A stretch of DNA of 64,000 bases from Alphaproteobacteria bacterium (GTDB taxonomy: Bacteria > Pseudomonadota > Alphaproteobacteria > SP197): assembly GCA_965220805.1 (NCBI GenBank), contig OZ244844.1:2189516-2253515 (forward strand), read 5' to 3'. Position 1 is the first letter of the stretch. Each line of letters opens with the position of its first letter. Position numbers and translations under genes: made by a program. The notes beneath the pieces are model-generated. The model was not told where the DNA came from. It ran no database searches and was given only the letters and a program-made list of their open reading frames with translations. This document shows, in pieces, positions 1-10,209 of the stretch.

Positions 1-1240
<1,240 letters not shown>

Positions 1241-2800
1241 TTGGCGGTGTCCGACCCAGGCAGGGTCCTGATTCTCGACTTCGGTTCACAGGTGACCCAG
1301 TTGATAGCCCGGCGGGTCCGCGAGGCCGGCGTCTACTCCGAGATCATGCCGTTCAGTGTGACCGGACACGCGATCCGGTCCTTCGCCCCAGCCGCGATCA
1401 TTCTCTCCGGCGGACCGGATTCGGTGACCCGGGGCGAGGCGCCGCGGGCGCCGCAGGCGGTGTTTGATGAAGGCGTGCCGGTGCTGGGTATCTGCTATGG
1501 CGAGCAGACGATCTGCTCCCAGCTGGGCGGTGCCGTCGAATCAGCGAACGAGCGGGAGTTCGGACGTGCGTTTGTCGACGTCACAGAAACATGCCGGCTG
1601 TTCAACGATGTCTGGTCGCCCGGAGAACGTCACCAGGTATGGATGTCGCACGGTGACAGGATCACGGCCATTCCTGAAGGATTCCGGGTTGTTGCCACAT
1701 CTGCGGGTTCACCCTTCGCCGCCATCGCCGACGATAAGCGGCGCATCTACGGTGTCCAGTTCCACCCTGAAGTCGTCCACACGCCCGATGGCGCCCGGCT
1801 TATCAATACCTTCGTGCACAAGGTTGCGGGTATCGCAAGCGACTGGTCAATGGCCGCCTTTCGCACACGGGCCGTCGAGAGTATCCGGGCACGGGTGGGC
1901 ACGGGGCGCGTCGTCATGGGACTCTCGGGTGGTGTCGACAGCTCGGTGACTGCCCTCCTGCTTCACGAGGCGATCGGAGCCCGGTTGACATGTGTCCTTG
2001 TCGATCACGGACTCATGCGCCTTGATGAGGCACGTGACGTCGAGCACCTCTTCCGCAGCCACTATGCCATTCCCCTCGTCATTCGCCATGTCCCGGACCT
2101 CTTCCTGGAACGCCTTGCGGGAATCACCGCGCCCGAGGACAAGCGCCGGATCATCGGCTCGACGTTCATCGATGTCTTCGAGGAGGCGGCAGGCACCATC
2201 GGCGGGGCCGACTTCCTGGGCCAGGGTACCCTCTATCCGGATGTCATCGAATCGGTGTCGTTCCACGGTGGACCGTCGTCCACCATCAAGTCCCATCACA
2301 ATGTCGGCGGCCTCCCCGAACGCATGAAGCTGGAGCTTGTCGAGCCGTTGAGGGAACTGTTCAAGGACGAGGTGCGCGAACTCGGCCGTGAACTCGGGCT
2401 TCCGGATGCCCTGCTCAACCGCCATCCATTCCCCGGTCCGGGCCTCGCCATCCGCATCCCGGGCGAGGTCACGCCGGAACGGGTGGCGCTCCTTCAGAAG
2501 GCCGATGCCATCTTCATCGACGAACTGAAGAGCGCGGGTCTCTATGATGAGATATGGCAGGCCTTCGCCGTTCTGCTCCCGGTGCGCACTGTCGGCGTCA
2601 TGGGAGACGAGAGGACCTACGAGCATGTCTGTGCCCTGCGAGCCGTCACGTCGACGGACGGCATGACGGCAGACGTCTTCGCGTTCGACCATGCCTTCCT
2701 CGGACACGTGGCCAGTCGGATTGTCAACGAGGTCAGGGGCATCAACCGGGTCGCTTACGACATGACCTCGAAGCCGCCCGGAACCATCGAATGGGAATGA
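1241..2800 (+). CDS. guaA: GMP synthase (glutamine-hydrolysing)
   Basis: 519 aa. The N-terminal GATase region reads [20 protein letters not shown] and the ATP-PPase region has the SGGVDSS motif. It starts 1 nt after the guaB stop (TTG at 1241 or GTG at 1247). Confidence 0.9.
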   Translation: MAVSDPGRVLILDFGSQVTQLIARRVREAGVYSEIMPFSVTGHAIRSFAPAAIILSGGPDSVTRGEAPRAPQAVFDEGVPVLGICYGEQTICSQLGGAVESANEREFGRAFVDVTETCRLFNDVWSPGERHQVWMSHGDRITAIPEGFRVVATSAGSPFAAIADDKRRIYGVQFHPEVVHTPDGARLINTFVHKVAGIASDWSMAAFRTRAVESIRARVGTGRVVMGLSGGVDSSVTALLLHEAIGARLTCVLVDHGLMRLDEARDVEHLFRSHYAIPLVIRHVPDLFLERLAGITAPEDKRRIIGSTFIDVFEEAAGTIGGADFLGQGTLYPDVIESVSFHGGPSSTIKSHHNVGGLPERMKLELVEPLRELFKDEVRELGRELGLPDALLNRHPFPGPGLAIRIPGEVTPERVALLQKADAIFIDELKSAGLYDEIWQAFAVLLPVRTVGVMGDERTYEHVCALRAVTSTDGMTADVFAFDHAFLGHVASRIVNEVRGINRVAYDMTSKPPGTIEWE

Positions 2801-2828
2801 TGTCGTTCCTGCAGGCCGGCACCAAGGC

Positions 2829-3716
2829 GTGAGGCCAGGCCATCGTTCATCGCAAAGACATCCCCACTATCTGAAGGGTGTCTTCCTGGTCATCGCCGGC
2901 GGTGTCTTTATCAGCCAGTCCGGTGTCATCATCGGTTCGATGGAAGAGGCGGGATTCTGGCAGGTCCAGTTCTTCCGTTCCGTAGTGGCCATCATCGTGC
3001 TGGTCGGCCTCCTTGCCATGCGCCATCGCCGGGATCTTCCGGCAATGGTGCGTTCGAGCTGGAAGGCCGCCCTGGCAACCGGGTTCTTTCTCGCCGTCAG
3101 CAATTTTCTCTACATCCTCTCCTTCTTTCACACGCGTGCCGCCAGTGTCTTCTTCATCATCAGTTCGCAGCCCTTCTTTGCGGCGCTGATTGCCTGGGTC
3201 GTGCTGCGGGAACCGGTGAGGCGGATCACCTGGTTCGCCATGAGTGCCGCCATGGCGGGAGTGGCGATCATGATGTGGGAAGGTGTCGGCGAGGGACGAC
3301 TTGTCGGCAATCTGCTGGCTCTCGGTGCGGCGGTCACCTTCGCGGCCTTCGGCGTCGCCCTGCGCGGCGGCCGGGAAGGCGACATGGTGCTGGGCGTGGT
3401 GATCGCGTCATGCGTGATCAGCACCGTCGCTGTCGTCTTTGTCGACAGTTTCCGCATTAGCACTCACGACTTCGTGCTGTGTGTCTACATGGGGTGCTTC
3501 CAGGTCGCACTGTCCCTGGTCCTGTTCGCCGCAGGTGCGAAGTACGTCCCGGCGGCCGAACTCATGGTGCTGGCACTCACCGAGGTCATCCTCGGACCGT
3601 TGTGGGTGTGGCTCATCATCGGTGAAAGCCCGACACTGGCGGGTTTCATCGGCGGGACCATCGTCATCGGTGCTGTTCTTGCCAATGCGCTGACCGGGAT
3701 GCGCGTTCGCGACTGA
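2829..3716 (+). CDS. DMT-superfamily (EamA-like) transporter
   Basis: 295 aa and highly hydrophobic, with about 10 predicted TM helices in a duplicated EamA-like pattern. Confidence 0.65.
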   Translation: MRPGHRSSQRHPHYLKGVFLVIAGGVFISQSGVIIGSMEEAGFWQVQFFRSVVAIIVLVGLLAMRHRRDLPAMVRSSWKAALATGFFLAVSNFLYILSFFHTRAASVFFIISSQPFFAALIAWVVLREPVRRITWFAMSAAMAGVAIMMWEGVGEGRLVGNLLALGAAVTFAAFGVALRGGREGDMVLGVVIASCVISTVAVVFVDSFRISTHDFVLCVYMGCFQVALSLVLFAAGAKYVPAAELMVLALTEVILGPLWVWLIIGESPTLAGFIGGTIVIGAVLANALTGMRVRD

Positions 3717-4524
3717 AGGCATAGAGGCCGCCGGCGATGACGATGACAATGCCGACGATAGTCCAGACGTCGGGAAAATCCCCGAACAGCGCGTAACCCA
3801 TGAGCGTGGCCCAGACCACGAGGGTGTAGGCAAAGGGCTGGAGCATCGAGGCGGGCGCGACTTGCAGGGCACGGAACAGAACCAGGTGGGCAGCCGCTCC
3901 GAGACAGCCGACCAGAACGAACAGAAACCAGTCGCCGGCGGCCACCGGACGCCAGTCGAAGGGGGCAAGAAAGGCCAGAACGAGGACCGCAATGACGGCG
4001 GACCAAATCGCCGTGGTCTCGATGCTGTCATCCAGACCGACCCGGCGGATGAGAACCTGAAGCAACGCCCAGAGGAACGCCGCCAGGAGAGCGATCAGGG
4101 CTGCCGGTCCCATGACACCCGATCCCGGGCGCATGATCACCAGCACGCCGACACAGCCGGCGGCAACCGCCAGCCAGCGGCGCCAGCCGACACGCTCTCC
4201 GAGCAGCAGTGCGGCCAGTGCCACCGCGATCAGGGGCGAGACTGCGGCGATCGCGTGGACATCGGCCAGTGGCAACAGGCTGAAAGCCCACAGGAAGACG
4301 CCGATCTCGGCCAGCATGACAAGGCTGCGAAGAACCTGCAGACCGGGCCGCCGGGACCGGACGGTCGCCAGCCATCCCCGCCGCCAGGCGAGGGCGACAG
4401 CGACACCGAAGAAGACGACAAACCGGATCAGCAGAATCTGCGCGATGGAATAGTCCTCAACGAGCCATTTGGCCGTTGCGTCCATGGTGGCCATCAGGCA
4501 CATGGCGAGGATCATCAGCGCCAT
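3664..4524 (-). CDS. DMT-superfamily (EamA-like) transporter
   Basis: The hydrophobic 10-TM protein starts at MALMILAM (ATG at 4524). The track ORF 3664..4764 carries an unsupported Arg/Gly-rich N-terminal extension. Its 3' end overlaps the convergent DMT gene by 53 bp. Confidence 0.65.
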   Translation of the reverse strand: MALMILAMCLMATMDATAKWLVEDYSIAQILLIRFVVFFGVAVALAWRRGWLATVRSRRPGLQVLRSLVMLAEIGVFLWAFSLLPLADVHAIAAVSPLIAVALAALLLGERVGWRRWLAVAAGCVGVLVIMRPGSGVMGPAALIALLAAFLWALLQVLIRRVGLDDSIETTAIWSAVIAVLVLAFLAPFDWRPVAAGDWFLFVLVGCLGAAAHLVLFRALQVAPASMLQPFAYTLVVWATLMGYALFGDFPDVWTIVGIVIVIAGGLYAFSRERASRSAHWQEQHR

Positions 4525-4550
4525 GCCTGCGGCGGGAAAGCCGGCCGTCT

Positions 4551-4904
4551 TCAACGATTCGTGATGCTGGCGAGGGTTGGCCCCCTTGCGTGGCGCTCCA
4601 CCTCCCCCGACATGCGTCCGGTGAGCATCAGGAAGAACATGTGGAAGTCGCCGACCAGACTCCAGACGGGATGGGTGAAGGTCGCCGGACGGTTTCGCTC
4701 GACAAAGGCATGCGCCGCCCACGCGAATCCGTAGCCGCACACCGGCATCGCCAGCAGCAGCCATGCGTTGCCGCTGATGAGAGTCGCTGCGGCAATGCCG
4801 AAAACACCCGCCGTCCCGGTGAAGTGAAGCCAGCGGGTCGCCGGCCTCAAATGCTCACGCACGTAGAAGGGCCAGAACTCGGTATAGGTGCCGGGTCTCT
4901 CCAT
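4551..4904 (-). CDS. DUF962 (Mpo1-like) membrane protein
   Basis: The C-terminal 118 aa of ORF 4551..5312 read MERPGTYTEFWPFYV...WAAHAFVERNRPATF, which matches the DUF962 WxGHFxxExNxPA pattern. ATG at 4904. Confidence 0.55.
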   Translation of the reverse strand: MERPGTYTEFWPFYVREHLRPATRWLHFTGTAGVFGIAAATLISGNAWLLLAMPVCGYGFAWAAHAFVERNRPATFTHPVWSLVGDFHMFFLMLTGRMSGEVERHARGPTLASITNR

Positions 4905-4996
4905 GAAGGAAAGATGGAGCGCCAGGACAACATTGGCAAGGTTGCGGGAGCGCCCGGTGGTGGCTAGATTGCCCGGCCCATGCGACTTCCGGAGCG

Positions 4997-5659
4997 GTGC
5001 CCGTGGCCAATGCCGGCGACCAGTTGATTCGCGAGGTCGAGGAAGACCTCCAGCGGGAACGATGGCTTCGGCTGTGGCGGGCCTATGGCCGCCAGGCGCT
5101 TGGCGCCGTCGCCGTGGTGGTGCTCGCAATCGCCGGGTACACCGGATGGATCGAGTACCGTGAGTCCCGACTCGGCGACGACGGTTATCGATACTGGCTC
5201 GCGGAGCGCCAGGCTGATGCCGGCGACATCGATGAGGCGATGGCCGCGTTCGGCGCTCTCCATGTGGACGGACATGGCGGATATCCCTGGCTTGCCGGCA
5301 TGCGCGAGGCACAGCTTCTCGCCGAAGCAGGCGAACGGGATCTGGCGTTGCAGCGCTATGACGACCTTGCCGCCATGGACGATGTCCGTCCCGTCTGGCG
5401 GGAGCTGGCGGCCCTCTATGCGGTCATGCTGATGGTGGATCATGCCGACCCCGACGAAGTCGATGCACGGCTGGCGCCGTTGCTCGATGGTGCCTGGCGT
5501 CCCCTTGCCCTCGAACTCAGGGGGCTTCTGCATCTGCGGACAGGAGACACGGAGTCCGCCGTGGCGAGTTTTGAGGCGCTTGCCGGTGACGCTGATGCGC
5601 CGCCTTCGGTCGTACTGCGGGCACGTGAACTGCTGTCGGTGACGACCGGGGGATATTGA
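4997..5659 (+). CDS. YfgM-like TPR membrane-anchored protein (conserved partner upstream of bamB)
   Basis: 220 aa with a basic N-terminus (LRLWRAYGRQALG) followed by one TM helix, then a TPR-like helical domain. It sits in the conserved yfgM-bamB-der order. Confidence 0.6.
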   Translation: MPVANAGDQLIREVEEDLQRERWLRLWRAYGRQALGAVAVVVLAIAGYTGWIEYRESRLGDDGYRYWLAERQADAGDIDEAMAAFGALHVDGHGGYPWLAGMREAQLLAEAGERDLALQRYDDLAAMDDVRPVWRELAALYAVMLMVDHADPDEVDARLAPLLDGAWRPLALELRGLLHLRTGDTESAVASFEALAGDADAPPSVVLRARELLSVTTGGY

Positions 5660-6972
5660 CCGTGCGCCGGATTGCCCTAGCCATGGCATGCCTTTCACTG
5701 GGCGCCTGCGAAAGCGACTGGTTCGGTGATCCGCCACCACCACCGCTCGAGGGTGAGCGCATTGCCATTCTGGAACTCGGTTCGGGGCTGGCAAGCGACC
5801 CGGAGTACGCCAACGTACCGGTCGAATTGCCACCAGCGCGCCTCAATCCGGAGTGGCCCCAGTATGGCGGCAGTCTTGACAAGGCCATGCACCATCTGGC
5901 CCATGGCGGATCCTGGGAACGGGTCTGGTCGCGCACTATCGGCGACGGACAAAGTGCTTCGCGCCGGTTGGTGGGAACGCCCGTCATCGCCGAGGGCATG
6001 ATGTTCACGATCGATTCCGATACCCGGGTGTCGGCCCTTGATGCGGCTACCGGAACGCCCTTGTGGAGTACCGACATCACCGCCGCCGAGGAAGATGACG
6101 GCTGGGGGGGTGGCCTGGCCTTCGATGACGGCCGGCTCTTCGTCACGACCGGCAATGGCGAGATCATGGCACTCGATCCCGCCAACGGCGTTCCGCTGTG
6201 GCGCGTCGATGCCGGCCCGCCGATCCGTACCCCGCCGGCCGCAAGCCAAGGGCGTGTGCATGTCGTTACCGCGGACAACACGCTCCTGACCCTGGATGCG
6301 GCAACCGGTGATTCCCTGTGGATCCACCGCGGACTTCTCGGAGCGGCCTCGCTCATGGGAGGCGGCGCGCCAAGCATTTCCGGGTCCTTCGTCGTGGCCA
6401 CCTACACGACCGGTGAGGTGGTGGCCCTGAGGGCGGAGAACGGCCGCGTGGTGTGGAGCGATATCCTTGCACAGGGCGGGCAGGCCGGAGTCGTGGCGGG
6501 CCTCGATGATATCAATGGCAGTGCCGTCATCGATCAGGATCTCGTGTTCGCCGCCAGTTACGGCGGTCGACTTGCTGCTATCGATGTCACGCGGGGAATC
6601 AGGGTCTGGGAACAGAGTCTCTCGATCACGCAAACCCCGTGGGTGGCCGGTGACTATCTCTGGGTCGTGACCAGCGACGCGGAACTCATCTGCTTCGTGA
6701 AGGCAGACGGCCGGGTGCGTTGGATCACCCGGCTGCCGTTGTACGAGGATCCCGAGGACAAGGAAGGCGCCATTCTGTGGTCGGGGCCGGTGCTGGCGGG
6801 CGAAAGACTGATCGTGGCGGGAAGCCACGGGGATGCTGTCACTCTTTCACCCTACACGGGCGACATCATCGACACGCTGTCGGTGGACCGTGGATTGCCC
6901 CTGCCGCCTGTTGTCGCCAACGCGAGAATCTACTTCGTTGGCGACTCGGGCACCGTGACTGTCCTCGACTAG
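5656..6972 (+). CDS. bamB: outer membrane protein assembly factor BamB (PQQ-repeat beta-propeller lipoprotein)
   Basis: 438 aa. The lipobox reads LSLGAC. There are repeated PQQ-like blades (LWS..., GNG.I.ALD...G..LW). It sits directly upstream of der. Confidence 0.85.
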   Translation: MTVRRIALAMACLSLGACESDWFGDPPPPPLEGERIAILELGSGLASDPEYANVPVELPPARLNPEWPQYGGSLDKAMHHLAHGGSWERVWSRTIGDGQSASRRLVGTPVIAEGMMFTIDSDTRVSALDAATGTPLWSTDITAAEEDDGWGGGLAFDDGRLFVTTGNGEIMALDPANGVPLWRVDAGPPIRTPPAASQGRVHVVTADNTLLTLDAATGDSLWIHRGLLGAASLMGGGAPSISGSFVVATYTTGEVVALRAENGRVVWSDILAQGGQAGVVAGLDDINGSAVIDQDLVFAASYGGRLAAIDVTRGIRVWEQSLSITQTPWVAGDYLWVVTSDAELICFVKADGRVRWITRLPLYEDPEDKEGAILWSGPVLAGERLIVAGSHGDAVTLSPYTGDIIDTLSVDRGLPLPPVVANARIYFVGDSGTVTVLD

Positions 6973-6976
6973 TCGA

Positions 6977-8311
6977 GTGCCATTCACGGTCGCCATCGTC
7001 GGCCGGCCCAACGTCGGCAAGTCCACGCTCTTCAATCGTCTGACCGGTCGGCGAGCGGCGCTGGTCGACCCGCAGCCGGGCGTCACGCGCGACCGCCGCG
7101 AGGGTGAGGGCAGGATCGGGCCCTTGACTTTTCGCCTCGTCGATACGGCGGGACTCGAGGACGCGGTGTCCGGAACCATGGCCGGCCGCATGCGCGCGCA
7201 GACCGACGAGGCTCTCCATGAGGCTGACGTCCTGCTCTTCGTCATTGATGCGCGGCAGGGCGTGACGGCGCGCGACAGGCAGTTCGCCAGCGAATTGCGC
7301 AAGGCGGAAGCACCCGTGATCCTGGTGGCCAACAAGGCCGAGGCCCGTTCGGCGATGGCCGGGGTCTGGGATGCGTTCTCGCTGGGATTTGGTGACCCGG
7401 TCGCCGTTTCCGCCGAACACGGCGACGGCATGGCTGCCCTTCATGACGCCCTTGCCCACTATGCCCCGGCCGCTGACGGGGAGGGCGCCGATGAAGACGG
7501 GCACCGCCTGCGCCTGGCCATCGTCGGCCGCCCCAATGTCGGCAAGTCGACCCTCGTCAACTGCCTCCTTGGCAGCGAGCGCGTGATCACCGGGCCCGAA
7601 CCGGGGCTGACACGTGATGCCATTGCCGCCCGCTGGACCTCGTGCGGACGCGAGATCGAACTCATCGACACCGCTGGTATCAGGCGCCGGTCGCGGAGGA
7701 CGGAACGAGTCGAGAAACTCTCGGTGGCCGACAGTTTTGCGGCGATCCGCAAGGCGCACATCGTTGTCGTCGTGCTGGAGGCGCTTCAGGCATTCGATCA
7801 CCAGGATCTTGCCATTGTCGATTATGTCGAGCGCGAGGGACGCGGTCTCGTTGTCGTCATCAACAAGTGGGACCTTGTCGACGAGCCGCGAACGCTCAAG
7901 CCTGAACTGGGCCTGCGGCTCGCGGAACTCCTGCCTCAGGTGCGCGGCGCTCCGATGCTCACCATGAGCGCCGCCGATGGCAGGGGCGTGGATCAGCTCA
8001 TGCCGGCGGTGGTGGGTGTCCAGGATCGCTGGACACGGCGCCTCGCCACGGCGGACCTCAACAAATGGCTTGCCGCGACGGTGGAGCGACACCCCCCGCC
8101 CGTGGTGAGGGGCGGAAGGGCGCGGTTGCGCTACGTGACCCAGATCGGATCACGACCGCCGACCCTGGCCGTCTTCGGCAGCAGACTGGCCGGCCTCCCG
8201 GACTCCTACAGGCGCTACCTCGTCAATCGGCTGCGGCAGGACTTCGATCTGCCCGGCATTCCGCTCAGGGTGCGCTTCAGGTCGACTCGCAATCCCTATA
8301 CTGCCGGTTGA
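6977..8311 (+). CDS. der: ribosome-biogenesis GTPase Der/EngA (tandem GTPase domains plus KH-like domain)
   Basis: Two G-domains carry GRPNVGKSTL Walker A motifs (at about aa 9 and about aa 180). GTG start at 6977. Confidence 0.9.
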   Translation: MPFTVAIVGRPNVGKSTLFNRLTGRRAALVDPQPGVTRDRREGEGRIGPLTFRLVDTAGLEDAVSGTMAGRMRAQTDEALHEADVLLFVIDARQGVTARDRQFASELRKAEAPVILVANKAEARSAMAGVWDAFSLGFGDPVAVSAEHGDGMAALHDALAHYAPAADGEGADEDGHRLRLAIVGRPNVGKSTLVNCLLGSERVITGPEPGLTRDAIAARWTSCGREIELIDTAGIRRRSRRTERVEKLSVADSFAAIRKAHIVVVVLEALQAFDHQDLAIVDYVEREGRGLVVVINKWDLVDEPRTLKPELGLRLAELLPQVRGAPMLTMSAADGRGVDQLMPAVVGVQDRWTRRLATADLNKWLAATVERHPPPVVRGGRARLRYVTQIGSRPPTLAVFGSRLAGLPDSYRRYLVNRLRQDFDLPGIPLRVRFRSTRNPYTAG

Positions 8312-8546
8312 GGCCCTCCCATCCATCACCGCCGGATCGATCGCTTTCGATCGGCATCGCGGACTGCGGCAGGGGCGTCGATCTTCCGATTGAACCTGGA
8401 GTCTTGCGGGCGGACCTGTCCTGTGCGGGGTGACATGACGCCCGCCTGCCCGAGATGTTCGCGCCATGATCGCCCGTCGTCCGACAAGAACAATTCCTGT
8501 CGGGCGCGATCAGGGCTCCCGCTTGAAGAACTTCATGCGGAGTCCG

Positions 8547-8990
8547 TCAGCCAACGACTCCGCCATGGAAGATCATGCGGTAGACGGGCGTTTCGGCATA
8601 GGAGATGGTTTCGATCCCGCTGAAACGAGCGAGAGTGCCCTCGACGCTGTTGACGTAGCAGTACGGACCGCGGGAGAGTTCTGCGGGACCGCGCATCAGG
8701 TGATTGCGGTCGGGCTGGCCCAGCACCTCGCGCTGGAATTCGTAGATTTCGTCCATGGGCCGCAGGTCGGATACGATCTCGGCCATATAGTTCTGCATCC
8801 AGATGACCGAGCCGTCGCGCCACACGATCTCGTGGCCGCCGTAGGGGTTGCCTCCTGCGTAGCGGTCGCGGTATCGCCAGTTTTCCGAGTCAAAGAGCAT
8901 GTGCCAGGTTCCGTCGCCGACGTCGGTGCCGTCGGGGATCGCGTAGGTCTCGCGCCTGGCCACCACAAGGAAATCGATCAGGTCGTTCAC
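8547..8990 (-). CDS. hypothetical protein (147 aa), co-directional downstream of the polysaccharide deacetylase
   Basis: The ORF composition is clean (W/Y/E-rich and not Ala/Arg/Gly-biased). I do not recognise a family. Confidence 0.45.
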   Translation of the reverse strand: MNDLIDFLVVARRETYAIPDGTDVGDGTWHMLFDSENWRYRDRYAGGNPYGGHEIVWRDGSVIWMQNYMAEIVSDLRPMDEIYEFQREVLGQPDRNHLMRGPAELSRGPYCYVNSVEGTLARFSGIETISYAETPVYRMIFHGGVVG

Positions 8991-9104
8991 GGTTCGCCTC
9001 GCAACATTCCGGACATTTCGGTCATCCAGCCGCTGCGCCTGACGCCTGTCCGCTGTGCATCAGATGCGGTTCCACCGCCAGGACGAGCGGCGCATCGGGC
9101 GACA

Positions 9105-9989
9105 TCATGCGCTGTTCCGCTCTTCGTCATGAAGCCTTCGCACGTGATCCGCCGCCTGTTCGCAGGTGCCCCACCAAACGCCGTTGCATGCCTGCATGCC
9201 GCGCAACAAGCGTTCAAGCATGACGAGGCGTCCCGGACGCCCCATCAGGTTGGGATGAAATGTGGTCTGAAAAAGGCCGCCAAATCTTCGCAGACCGTCG
9301 AATTCCTCGCGCCAGATGGCTTCGGCCTCGGCTGCGCGTGCCAGGCTGCTGGTGCCGCCGCCGTGGAGCGAGGAACCGAACAGCGCCCAGTCGTCGAGCA
9401 CCATGGAGATCGGCAGTTCGACGAGCGTGCCGGCCGCGGTTTCCACCATGTGGGGCACATCCCGCTCCATCAGGCTGGCGTCGTAGGCCATGCCCATGGA
9501 GGCCATGATCGACAGGGTCTGCTCCGTCACCCCCCAGCCTGGAGCGCTCCAGCCCCTGGGTTGTCGGCCCGTGATGCGCTGCAGGACTGCCGTTGCATGC
9601 CCGAAGAGGGCGCGTTCGTCGGCCTCGGTCAGGCCGTAAACGTTCTCGTGCATGTAGCCATGGTGGGCGATCTCGTGTCCGTCGCCGACGATTGCCTCCA
9701 TCACCTCTGGATGACGTTCGGCCACGTGGGCCGGAACGAAGAAGGTCCCGGGAACCCCGAGTTCTCGGTGCAGGTCCAGGATGCGTGGCATTGCCGTCGT
9801 CAACCCGTAGGCCGCCTCGGATATCGCCGCGACATGGTTGACGACGCTGCGGTCCGAGGCCATCGGCCCCGCCTCGCCGTCGACGTGCCAGGCGATGATC
9901 ACGCCGCAGTCGGCACCGTCCGGCCACGCGAGGTTCGCCAGGGGGCGGAAGGTCAGGTCGGGATAGGAGGGAGGACTGAGATCGATCAT
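9105..9989 (-). CDS. polysaccharide deacetylase family protein (NodB/PuuE-like)
   Basis: It starts at MIDLSPPSYPDLTFRP...WPDGA and has the NodB-like segments HVDGE...GTFFVPA...GHEIAHHGYMHE. ATG at 9989. The track ORF extends 43 aa further upstream without support. Confidence 0.75.
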   Translation of the reverse strand: MIDLSPPSYPDLTFRPLANLAWPDGADCGVIIAWHVDGEAGPMASDRSVVNHVAAISEAAYGLTTAMPRILDLHRELGVPGTFFVPAHVAERHPEVMEAIVGDGHEIAHHGYMHENVYGLTEADERALFGHATAVLQRITGRQPRGWSAPGWGVTEQTLSIMASMGMAYDASLMERDVPHMVETAAGTLVELPISMVLDDWALFGSSLHGGGTSSLARAAEAEAIWREEFDGLRRFGGLFQTTFHPNLMGRPGRLVMLERLLRGMQACNGVWWGTCEQAADHVRRLHDEERNSA

Positions 9990-10209
9990 GTCATGCATCC
10001 GACAGGAATGGGTCTGCACACAACGTAGCCACGTTTGCATGGAGATGCCCAGCCCCACGAAGCCCGGCCCGCATCTCGAGGGAGCGTCCTGCAGGGCCAC
10101 TGGCCATGTGCACAGCACCTCGGGGCTTCGTGGAGAAAGCCTCGGGAAGTCCCCTGACTGGTTTCCATCGGCCGCGTTGTCCGACTCGACGCCTTCATGT
10201 GACGGTCGC

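Noticed and set aside
8312-8546. Possible intrinsic terminators between the convergent der gene and the 147-aa gene (CGATCG-CTTT-CGATCG at about 8336-8351; CCGACA-N11-TGTCGG at 8478-8500)
   Set aside because: The stems are short (6 bp) and not followed by U-tracts. They are plausible but too weak to call.
8466-10028. 520-aa plus-strand ORF
   Set aside because: It lies entirely antisense to the deacetylase and the 147-aa gene. Its His/Val/Gly/Ala-rich composition has no domain logic and is a typical high-GC antisense shadow. The same reasoning applies to 9988..11745, 12230..14188, 15645..16499, 31888..33405, 37456..38529, 39620..40847, 42308..43327, 43249..44235, 46135..47232, 49714..50981 and 56606..58726.
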